From assembly GCA_977020255.1 (NCBI GenBank), contig CDROCS010000882.1, positions 62,001 to 126,000 of the forward strand: a stretch of 64,000 nt of DNA, in the 5' to 3' direction. Source of the stretch: Obrimoposthia wandeli. Taxonomy: Eukaryota. The translations under genes and the position numbers were made by a program. The notes under the pieces are model-generated. The model had not been told where the DNA came from. It saw only the letters and a list, made by a program, of their open reading frames with translations, and did no database searches. Position 1 is the stretch's first letter, and each line of letters opens with the position of its first letter. Below, one piece after another: positions 1 through 9,100 of the stretch.

Positions 1-1735
1 AGTAGACAGCGTCTTGCTACGGACACAAAAATAAATACCCGCAATGATTTTTTAGCGACTAACCATTTTGAAGAAAAGTTAATTATTAATTTAAATCAAA
101 ATCTTGCTGCAGACCTAAGCATTTAGATACTATACGCTCACAGGTGAACAACTTGAGCATTGATAGTGCAAAAGCTTACTGCTAAGTCATAAGCAGCAAT
201 ATAAACGCTAAATTACTTTCTGTTTCGACTTTGATAGCAGAGTTGAGTAGAGACGCCAATATAACCAAACAAACCATCGCTTATTATAACTTCCTCCAAG
301 GTAAAGAGAGAGCTGGAATTGAACGCGCTGTGTTAAGTAGTACCTTTTCGCTAGATGAATTCAAAAGCGGTGGCAAGTCTGTTAAATTTATTGGCTTGAC
401 ACAGCAAATACCTATATGGCTAATTTTTTAGCATTTACGACGCCTGAAAATATCGAATATTATAAAGAGGAAATGGCTCACCCAGCAGTTAAAGAAGTCA
501 TGAAACTTCGTGAGATAGCAGAAAGTAATACCGCGAACTTTAATGTTGATGCCATACACTGGTTTAAACAAGCAACACTGAGAATAGGTCAGTTAAAGAA
601 GGTTGAAAGCCGTATCAGTCATTTACTTTCATTGGCACAAAGCTCTCATGCTAAGGCATCTAATACTTTATTACTCGATGTTGCCTTGACAATTATTGTC
701 GTAATGTTGGTAATTTTCATTACTATTGTGTCGATTAGAGACTTAACTTCATTGCAAAAAGAATTGACTCCATAAGTTATGGGCTGGAATAGAGAGCAAA
801 ATGACTTAATTGCAAGAACAAAGTTATTAGGCAGCAGTGAGCTTGGTCAAATATCTATCGCGCTCAACCTGACTTTAGAGCAGTTTTCTAAAACTATTCA
901 AGAAATTTCCACTTCAAGTTTGACCCTTTCTGCGGCTGCTGAAGAAACGTCGACCACGTGTGAATATAACGCTCAAACATTAACAGATCAGCAAGAAGAA
1001 ATTGGTGTTATCGCGGCCGCTGTAGAAGAGTTGTCGGCCACAGTGAAAGAAGTGGCAACAAACACACAATTAACATCAGACTCTGCTAAAGAGGCTGATG
1101 TGCAAGCTCAAAATGGCCTTAAGGTTGTGCAAACGTCTTATCACTCCATTGAAGTGTTGTCGCAAGAAATTGATAGCTTAGCTCAGCAAATTAATAATTT
1201 ACACAAAAGTAGTGGTGATATTACTAAAGTGGTTGACGTTATTAAGTCTGTCGCCGAGCAAACTAATTTATTAGCACTTAATGCGGCTATTGAAGCAGCA
1301 AGAGCTGGCGAACAAGGACGTGGTTTTGCAGTAGTTGCAGATGAAGTCAGAACATTAGCGCAGCGCACACAACAATCTACTTCTGAGATTGAATCGTTTA
1401 TTAGCTCTTTACAAACCGATGTCAATGCAGCCCATCAAGTTATTGAAGACAGTCAAAAGAAAGCCAATGACGCAGTTGATAACTCGAAAAATGTTGAGCA
1501 TACCCTAAGAGAAATCACAGTGGCTATTAGCCATATTTTTTCAATGACGGAGCAGGTTGCTACCGCCATTGAAGAGCAATCGATAGTGACGCAAGACGTT
1601 GCGCAAAATATTGTTAGTATTGAACATAAATCGACTGAAACAGCCACGGGTGCTACGCAAATAGCAGCAACAGCGAAAGAGCAAGCCTATCTTGCAACGT
1701 CAATGCAAGATTTAGCTAATAGGTTTATCGTTTAA
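1..1735 (+). pseudogene. Disrupted NIT-domain methyl-accepting chemotaxis protein (5' end outside window); signalling half 779..1735 is still an open ORF
   Basis: NIT-like segments in successive frames (LDTIRSQVNNLSIDS; YYNFLQGKERAGIERAVLS; IHWFKQATLRIGQLKKVE), a TM helix near 690-735, in-frame TAA at 773-775, then MCP signature [37 protein letters not shown]-type sequence. Confidence 0.8.
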
Positions 1736-1740
1736 AGCCA

Positions 1741-3613
1741 ATGTTGAGAGTGAGTAATAAAAATAAACTGATAGTAAGCTTTGTAACTCTCTTACTTATC
1801 GGTTTGATAGCGTCAACAACCGTTGCTTATTTGCATGTAAAATCAGGGTTAGAAGTGGCAATTCAAGGTGAATTGCAACTTAAAGCGAAATTTGTTGCTG
1901 CGGAACTAAATCACTGGACTAAAGGAACAATAGAGCAAGTTGATCATTTTGCATTACACCTTGAATTTTTAGATGATGACTTCCAACAACAGCCTAATGT
2001 CGATTTTTTTCTGAAACAACACCCTAATGATTATGCACTTGAACATTTAGGTTACGTTATTGACCGCAATGGTTTTTATCGTATTAATGATTGGCAACCA
2101 CCCAAGGGATACGACCCAAGAAATCGACCTTGGTATATTGAAGGGAAATTGGCGAACACCGCAAGATTTGGTAAACCTTATATCAGTGTGGGTTCAGAGC
2201 CGGCAGCTTGGTTAGCTGTGACTGCACCGATTAAAAAAGAGGGCAAGTTTATTGGCCTAGCAGCGGCCCATATTCGCTTTAATTATGTGTTGTCCATGTT
2301 ACGTGATCTTGATGTCGGCATGATGGGGAAAGCATTTCTAGTTGATCAATACGGTAACCTTGATTTACCTAGCATTCAAAATATTGACTTATTGTGGCTA
2401 CAAGATGTTAAAAGCCTTATCAAACTTAGCATTACTGGCGATTTAGCTTCAGCGTCAGACTCTTCTGAACAACTTTTTTATATCACAAAATCTATTGACC
2501 ACATTTCAAAGTCGCATTGTCTTTTGCGGTACCCAAAAAAGCGATAGCACAAAAATCTATCAGGATACCTTACTGTTAAGCACAAAGTTTTTAATTATTT
2601 TTCTAACGATTATGATCTCATTATATTTATCTAATCGACATTTACTCGCTCCTATATTTAATTATCTTGAACTAGACAGTGTGACGCATTTACCTAGCAA
2701 AAAACATGCTAAGCAACAAATATCGCAAGAGTTTTTACAATCAGGAAAGCCAGGACGTTTATTGATTATTAATATGGAAAACTTTAATCGTATAACGGCA
2801 ACATATCCTGCTGAGCACGTTAGTTTACTGCAAAATATGATAAAAGATCGTATTCAAACGCAATTATCAACACGCTCTTTATTAGGGAATTTTTCTGAAA
2901 GTCGTTATATTGCCTATTATCAATTAAGTGATGATGCTAACAATGAACTGTTGACTATCATTGCCGCTGAACTCGCTAAATTATATGAAATTGCTAGTGG
3001 TGAAATTTATTGTAATTTTAGAATGGGCGTATGTGATTTCCCCGCGCATGGTAAGGATGTTGAAACGCTCATCGATAATGCCTTCTCGGCATTAGCCAGT
3101 GTTAATCGACAAGACAACAATAGCTTTGCTGTGTTTACACCAAAAATTAATCAGCAGTTTCATGATGCTCAGCAAATTCATAATGCAATGAAAAAAGGTC
3201 TTAATGCTGAGGAATTTACCATGGTTTATCAACCACAGGTAAGTCGAACATCGGGAACGATGTTTGCCGCTGAGGCTCTCGTTCGATGGTACTCCGCAAC
3301 GCTAGAACGCAGTGTATCTCCAGTTGAGTTTATTCCCATTGCAGAATCCAATGGCCTAATGGTGTCATTGGGAAACAGTATTATTAAACAAGTGTTTTCT
3401 CAGATATCACAGTGGAATGAGCAGGGACTAGCTATTGCTAAAATTAGTATTAATATCTCACCTCAGCAGTTGTTAGCAGAGCATTTTTTCGAAAATTTAA
3501 TGAGCAATATTGAACAGTTTTCTGTCCCACCTGCACAAATCGAATTGGAAATAACCGAAACATCTTTATTAAAAGACCCTAATACCAGTATTGCCATTTA
3601 TCGCTTGAGCTAA
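1741..3613 (+). pseudogene. Frameshifted and 3'-truncated Cache-sensor / degenerate GGDEF / EAL protein
   Basis: ORF 1741..2547 has TM plus dCache motif YDPRNRPWY; ORF 2495..3613 has TM, a GGDEF-like region lacking the motif, and EAL (EALVRW, FIPIAE, INISP, LEITE) that stops before DDFGTGYS; frame changes at 2500-2580. Confidence 0.75.
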
Positions 3614-3776
3614 GTAAATAATCAACTTACTGCTATAGTGAACTGCTATGAACTGTGGAGCTGTTATTTACCAATCTTTACGGTCTCTGACTTATCTTTA
3701 CATTCGATTAGTTATACTAATTTTTCAGGCGCTTATGCGTTGATAATCTTCTTCTATCACTTATCGGAAATATTTA

Positions 3777-4298
3777 ATGCGCTTATCAAAATTAACATCT
3801 GTCGCTGTAATAACAATGGTGTTCGTTCTTTCATCTTGTTCTTCAAGTGTCGACCGACCAGATAAAAAACCTATTGTGTATCAAGAGTTTTTAGAAACAA
3901 AAATACTGCCTGATGGGTCAAAGATTTTTAATTTCTCCTTAGTCATGTCAAAACGTAATAAAACAGTTGGAGGTTATCAAGAAAATGAAGCCTCAATCTC
4001 AGATACTCAAGAACGGGATGGTGACGGACAAAGAAAAGGTGGCAAAGGAAATAAGCAAGGGCAGAAAAAGGGAGGTGAAAGACCAAGATCATCAGAGTCC
4101 AAACGAGGGTTAAAAATCGACGCCTTACAAACTCACTTTCAAGAACGATTGGATAAGTTAAAAATACTGAAAATGTTTTGTCGAGAGGGATACTTTATTC
4201 TAGATGAGTTTGTTGATGTTAAAGAAATAAGCATTAAAGCTGAATGTAAAGATGGTGCGTCAAGCGATGACTACACTAAGTTTACCAAGGCTAGTTAA
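3777..4298 (+). CDS. Hypothetical lipoprotein with G/K-rich low-complexity segment
   Basis: Signal peptide with lipobox FVLSSC; 173 aa ORF followed by a hairpin at 4307-4332. Confidence 0.7.
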   Translation: MRLSKLTSVAVITMVFVLSSCSSSVDRPDKKPIVYQEFLETKILPDGSKIFNFSLVMSKRNKTVGGYQENEASISDTQERDGDGQRKGGKGNKQGQKKGGERPRSSESKRGLKIDALQTHFQERLDKLKILKMFCREGYFILDEFVDVKEISIKAECKDGASSDDYTKFTKAS

Positions 4299-4467
4299 TG
4301 TTATATCGCTCAATGGATATATTCATTGAGCGGGATATCAAACACAGCGTGAGCAGTTGCCAGTTAATATTATCTAAACTTATGTATTCATTAGTCAATA
4401 TGAATAATGCACATCATTTTCGAACAATATCCTAGCAACAAGATCAATTGGTATGATATTTAGCTAT

Positions 4468-4998
4468 TCAGGACTTACTTCTCTCAATTAAACGACGTTT
4501 CTCTATTGCCATTGGAGTAATGTCTTTATCTAGTTTTTTCTCTAATCCTAAAGCAAAATAAACTTCTGCCATTAAGAATAAAGGGCCAATGATTAAGCCC
4601 ATAATATCATCCATAAAAGCGGGTTTAGCCTTTTCGTAAATATGACCGATAAATTGGATGATCCAACCGATGACAAAGATTGCTATGGCTATCCATAGCG
4701 CATTCTCCATCGCTGACACTAAGCTTGCAAGGTAGATGTTCGCGGCCAAATACAGCGTCATGGCAAGCGCTAACTTAATATGTAATTTAAAATAGTAAAG
4801 TAAGGTTATTGTCAGGAGAACAATAGCTGGAGTATAAGTAATTGTTGTATTTGCAACATTTATCGTGAAAGTATTGAGACTTAATAACACGGTTACAGCC
4901 CAAACAATGAGAGGAATACCGACAAAATGGCTAGTAATATTGTGTTTATTAAAGTGTACACTTTTATAGTTTGATAGTTGTTCTTCGACTGTTTTCAT
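4468..4998 (-). CDS. DUF962 / Mpo1-like membrane protein
   Basis: Motifs YKSVHFNKHN..HFVGIPLI and GWIIQFIGHIYEKAKPAF. Confidence 0.85.
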   Translation of the reverse strand: MKTVEEQLSNYKSVHFNKHNITSHFVGIPLIVWAVTVLLSLNTFTINVANTTITYTPAIVLLTITLLYYFKLHIKLALAMTLYLAANIYLASLVSAMENALWIAIAIFVIGWIIQFIGHIYEKAKPAFMDDIMGLIIGPLFLMAEVYFALGLEKKLDKDITPMAIEKRRLIERSKS

Positions 4999-5270
4999 GA
5001 CAGTTCCTCGTTATTATGATTCTAAATTCCAGACAATAGTACTGAATTTAAGCGCTAAAATATAATCGCAAGTTATGACTTATAAGTAAAGACATCAGAC
5101 CAGACTCAATGGGCAATATACCCCAAAAAGGTTTTTTATTTCTTAACTTGAGTTATGAATAATGAGTGTTTTATGTTTGAGTCATATCAGCAGCACATAA
5201 CATATGATGATAATTAGAGTGAAGCTAAGTTAAGGGCATGCACTCTCAATTTTTGATCTTATGCCATTAT

Positions 5271-5380
5271 CAAGGCGAAATATTGATGAACAACGGGCAA
5301 CTTATTGCTCTTTTAACGTTGATAATCGGATAAAGGCGAATATTGAGCAAGTACTGCTTACCTTGGGTTCAGATGACTTA
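5271..5380 (-). repeat. Dispersed miniature repeat, inverted copy of 12401..12509
   Basis: caaggcgaaatattgatgaa...gagcaagtactgcttaccttgggttcagatgactta aligns along its length with the reverse complement of 12401-12509. Confidence 0.75.
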
Positions 5381-5496
5381 TCCTCGCAAAATAAGTATCA
5401 GTGCAACTTGACTGAACAGATGATTATATTTGCTGTATTGCAGTTGCCACGTCTTACTCATACAATAACGTTATTAGTTATTGATAAAGTTATATT

Positions 5497-5841
5497 ATGT
5501 CTTCAGATAAATTCGGCGAAAGCCTTAATTATAAACGCCAAGAGCAAGGCTATCGCGACCGAGCCTTAAAATTATACCCATGGGTTTGTGGTCGCTGCGC
5601 CCGCGCATTTGAATATTCTAATATTAGAGAATTAACCGTGCATCATGTTGACCATGATCACACAAACAACCCTAATGATGGTAGTAACTGGGAACTTTTG
5701 TGCATTTATTGTCACGATAACGAACATGCGAAATACACCGATCATGCTAATTATCAAACAGAAGTTAAAGCAGGTGACACTAATCAAGACACTGCTACTT
5801 ATAATCCGTTTGCCGATCTTAAGTCATTATTGAAAAAATAA
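5497..5841 (+). CDS. yajD: YajD-family HNH nuclease
   Basis: YRDRALKLYPWVCGRC..LTVHHVDHDHTNNPNDGSNWELLCIYCHDNEH; C-terminal ATYNPFADLKSLL. Confidence 0.9.
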   Translation: MSSDKFGESLNYKRQEQGYRDRALKLYPWVCGRCARAFEYSNIRELTVHHVDHDHTNNPNDGSNWELLCIYCHDNEHAKYTDHANYQTEVKAGDTNQDTATYNPFADLKSLLKK

Positions 5842-5882
5842 TGACTTAAAGACGGCTACATTACATAAAAAGGAAGTTAAAA

Positions 5883-6830
5883 GTGGCAGGTGCTAGTTTA
5901 TTAACCTTAATTGACGACATCGCGACGATTCTCGATGACGTTGCTATTTTATCGAAAGTCGCCGCTAAAAAAACGGCAGGTGTACTGGGTGATGATCTAG
6001 CTTTGAATGCGGAACAAGTTTCAGGTGTGAAGGCTGACCGAGAGTTACCGGTCGTTTGGGCCGTGGCAAAAGGCTCGTTTCTTAATAAATTAATTTTAGT
6101 GCCTTCTGCTTTATTAATTAGTGCTTTCGCACCGCCATTGATCACAGTTTTATTAGTGATTGGTGGGCTGTTTCTTTGTTTTGAGGGCTTTGAAAAGGTT
6201 TCACATAAATTTTTTCATAGCAAAGAAGCGTTAGCAAAAGAACATCAAGCAGTCATTAAAGCTGTCAGTGACGAAAGCGTTGATGTTGTTGCGCTTGAAA
6301 AAGAGAAAATCAAAGGTGCTATTCGTACGGATTTTATTCTCTCAGCAGAAATTGTCGTGATTGCGCTTGGCTCTGTTAAAGAAGCCGCTTTTGAAACACA
6401 AGTATTGGTTATTTCGGCCCTCGCTATAGCGATCACCATCGGTGTATATGGACTTGTTGCCGGTATTGTTAAATTAGATGACCTTGGTCTCTACTTATTG
6501 AGGAAGTCGGTGTCAGGGCGCTTTAATGCGCTACAAAGAACGGTTGGTCGAGGCTTATTGATTTTTGCGCCAATGTTAATGAAATTACTGACTATCGTTG
6601 GCACCATTGCAATGTTTTTAGTTGGTGGCGGCATTATAGTGCACAGTTTTTCATGGCTTAGTACGCAGTTTCATCACTTTGAACATTGGCTGAACCAATA
6701 CATAGGTAGTTTTTCAAACAGTATTTTACCTATATTACTTGATGGTGTTATCGGCATTATTGCAGGAGGGGTAGTTTTGGCAATGGTAACGATTATTTCA
6801 CGTTTAAAAAAGCAGCAAAAAAAGCTGTAA
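5883..6830 (+). CDS. DUF808 (YedI-like) inner membrane protein
   Basis: MAGASLLTLIDDIATILDDVA, KKTAGVLGDDLALNAEQV, GAIRTDFILSAEI. Confidence 0.9.
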   Translation: MAGASLLTLIDDIATILDDVAILSKVAAKKTAGVLGDDLALNAEQVSGVKADRELPVVWAVAKGSFLNKLILVPSALLISAFAPPLITVLLVIGGLFLCFEGFEKVSHKFFHSKEALAKEHQAVIKAVSDESVDVVALEKEKIKGAIRTDFILSAEIVVIALGSVKEAAFETQVLVISALAIAITIGVYGLVAGIVKLDDLGLYLLRKSVSGRFNALQRTVGRGLLIFAPMLMKLLTIVGTIAMFLVGGGIIVHSFSWLSTQFHHFEHWLNQYIGSFSNSILPILLDGVIGIIAGGVVLAMVTIISRLKKQQKKL

Positions 6831-6968
6831 TAGAGAATGACTTAAATTGATTTAAAACAAGTTTTTCAATGTTCTAGCGAATAAATTACAAATTAGTTCA
6901 TTTTTGCTATTGTTTTTTGTTGTTGTAGCCCAGAGTATATAATTGAAGACAACAAAAAAGGTAGCAAT

Positions 6969-7304
6969 ATGAAAATAATTATTTCTGGACATCACGTTGA
7001 GATCACCGAAGGCATTAATCAAGCAGTTGAAAACAAATTTGCCAAAGTTGCTAAACATTTCCCGAGCTTAATGACATTAGATGTCATTATTACCGTAGAG
7101 CCACATCAGCAAAAATTAGAAGTTTCTACCACTTATGAAGGAGCTACTGTATCAGTCAATGCTGCTGACAAAGAATTATATGCTGCTATCGCTAGTTCGG
7201 CGAGTAAGCTTGAAGCTGCACTTGCACACCGTAAAGGCGTATTGTTAGCGAAGCAAAAACAAAAGTATGAAGTTGAACAATCTAATGCTTTTGAAAGCCC
7301 ATAA
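6969..7304 (+). CDS. Ribosome hibernation promoting factor (HPF/RaiA family), stand-alone paralogue
   Basis: MKIIISGHHVEITEGINQAVENKFAKV..ELYAAI S30AE-type pattern. Confidence 0.85.
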   Translation: MKIIISGHHVEITEGINQAVENKFAKVAKHFPSLMTLDVIITVEPHQQKLEVSTTYEGATVSVNAADKELYAAIASSASKLEAALAHRKGVLLAKQKQKYEVEQSNAFESP

Positions 7305-7331
7305 TATTAATTCTCAAACAATTTTATAAGG

Positions 7332-7357
7332 AAAAAGGCCGTATTACGGCCTTTTTT
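7332..7357 (+). terminator. Intrinsic terminator after the HPF-like gene
   Basis: aaaaaggcc-gtattac-ggcctttttt. Confidence 0.85.
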
Positions 7358-7578
7358 AATGCGCTGAAGAAAACGTTTAAGAAAAAAATATCACTATTTA
7401 TTGTCGATATAAGCCTAACTAACGTGTCTTCAATACAAAAACGAAGCTTGCTGAGCTTATTTTTATGACAATGAGATCAAATAATGGATATTTTGATAAT
7501 GTTTACGTAAAATAAGGTTATTGGCTTTATTTAGAAAATAGAATTATAAAGCGTACTTTATACCCTCCAAGGAATTCC

Positions 7579-7872
7579 ATGAAAAAAACATTCGAGTTAA
7601 CTCACCCTAAAATTAAAATTGATAGAATGGTTGAGTCAGTGAAACACGAAGTTAAAAAATATTTAAAACGTGAGCGCAACAAAACGTTACCTGAAGGTGC
7701 TGATTATTGGGATTTCGATTGTAAAATTGGTAAATCAGCACAAACGGCTGATGTGATCCATGTTGCGACGATTAGTCAACAGATAGATACGCTGCTCACT
7801 GAAGGTGTAACATCATTTTATCTTGAAGTACTCGTTAAGCCGGCTATCCGTACTTTTGAAGAAAAAGAATAA
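7579..7872 (+). CDS. DUF6172-family small protein
   Basis: MKKTF..HPKIK..VKHEVKKYLKRERNKTLPEGADYWDFDCKIG pattern; RBS aagga upstream. Confidence 0.7.
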   Translation: MKKTFELTHPKIKIDRMVESVKHEVKKYLKRERNKTLPEGADYWDFDCKIGKSAQTADVIHVATISQQIDTLLTEGVTSFYLEVLVKPAIRTFEEKE

Positions 7873-7896
7873 TACTTTCTAGTCCTAGCTAGTAAG

Positions 7897-7931
7897 AAAG
7901 CCCTGCTATGAAAACACCGCAGGGCTTTTTT
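7897..7931. terminator. Probably bidirectional terminator between convergent genes
   Basis: aaagccctgc-loop-gcagggcttttt. Confidence 0.75.
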
Positions 7932-8046
7932 GTATCTAAGGGAAAGAAAAAACATATAACGTAAATTATTTACCACGCCTATCAACTCTTCTCAACTTAT
8001 TATCGCTAATAACCGTTGTTAGTATTACTCATCTTAAAATAACGTA

Positions 8047-8970
8047 CTAATAGCCGATTAAACCATTAATATGCGCCACCGCACTACGACCTAAAGCGCC
8101 AAGTGAGTACCCACCTTCTAGCACCGAAACAATGCGTCCTTGTGCATATTTATCAGCAATATCTTTAATTTGATCCGTTACCCAACGGTAATCTTCATCA
8201 ACCAAACTTACCTGTGACATTTCGTCTTCAACATGTGCGTCGAAGCCTGCAGAAATAAATACCATCTGTGGTTTGAATTTATGTAAAGCAGGTAACCAAG
8301 TGTCTAGAATCGCTTGACGAAAATCAGCACTTTTTGTTGTAGCATCTAGTGGTGTATTAATGATTGGCGGCTTTGTACTCTCTTGAATTTCAAAAGGGTA
8401 AAAAGGGTATTGATAAGTAGAACAAAATAAATAGCCTTTTTTATTTTTAATAATATCTTCAGTGCCATTACCATGATGCACGTCAAAATCAACAATAGCG
8501 ACGCGTTTAAGTTTGTATTTTTCTTTTGCGTAAGCAGCAGCAATAGCAACATTGTTAAAAAAACAAAACCCCATACCTTTGTTATGTTCGGCGTGATGGC
8601 CAGGGGGACGAGTTGCGCAAAATGCAGATGAAATTTCTTGTGACATCACAAGATCTACTGCGTCTTTGGCTGCACCCGCTGATAATAAAGCCGCATTAAG
8701 CGTATTCGAGTTCATTATGGTATCGTCATCAACTCGATAGGTACCTTCAGTTGGCGCATTACTAAATATTGATTCGATGTAGTCTTTATCATGAGCTAAA
8801 TAAAGCAACTCTCTATCAATGGGTTTTGCATTAAACTGTCGCAGCACATAATCTAAACCACTTCGAATGAGCTGATCTTGAATCGCGGCCATACGCTCTG
8901 GTGCTTCAGGATGATGATCACCCATATGATGGGTTAAGCATTGGTGGTGACTGATTACGCCAACGGTCAT
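8047..8970 (-). CDS. Zn-dependent histone deacetylase-family protein (AcuC/HdaH-like); start set at MTVGVISHH
   Basis: HPEAPER, RPPGHHA, GFCFFNNVA, DFDVHHGNGT, SAGFDAH, VLEGGY; RBS AAGGA before ATG at 8970. Confidence 0.93.
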   Translation of the reverse strand: MTVGVISHHQCLTHHMGDHHPEAPERMAAIQDQLIRSGLDYVLRQFNAKPIDRELLYLAHDKDYIESIFSNAPTEGTYRVDDDTIMNSNTLNAALLSAGAAKDAVDLVMSQEISSAFCATRPPGHHAEHNKGMGFCFFNNVAIAAAYAKEKYKLKRVAIVDFDVHHGNGTEDIIKNKKGYLFCSTYQYPFYPFEIQESTKPPIINTPLDATTKSADFRQAILDTWLPALHKFKPQMVFISAGFDAHVEDEMSQVSLVDEDYRWVTDQIKDIADKYAQGRIVSVLEGGYSLGALGRSAVAHINGLIGY

Positions 8971-9100
8971 AGTTAGTTCCTTTATATAACAAGCAAGTGA
9001 TGTTTTAGCGCTAGCTTGTACGCAGTTTGTGATTAAATATTTATTAGTGTTTGTATTAGTAAACGTATTTTTATTATTAGTACGTTTACTCCTCGTCACT

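Noticed and set aside
5261-5569. 102-aa ORF upstream of yajD
   Set aside because: Runs through the dispersed repeat and overlaps yajD out of frame; no recognisable protein features
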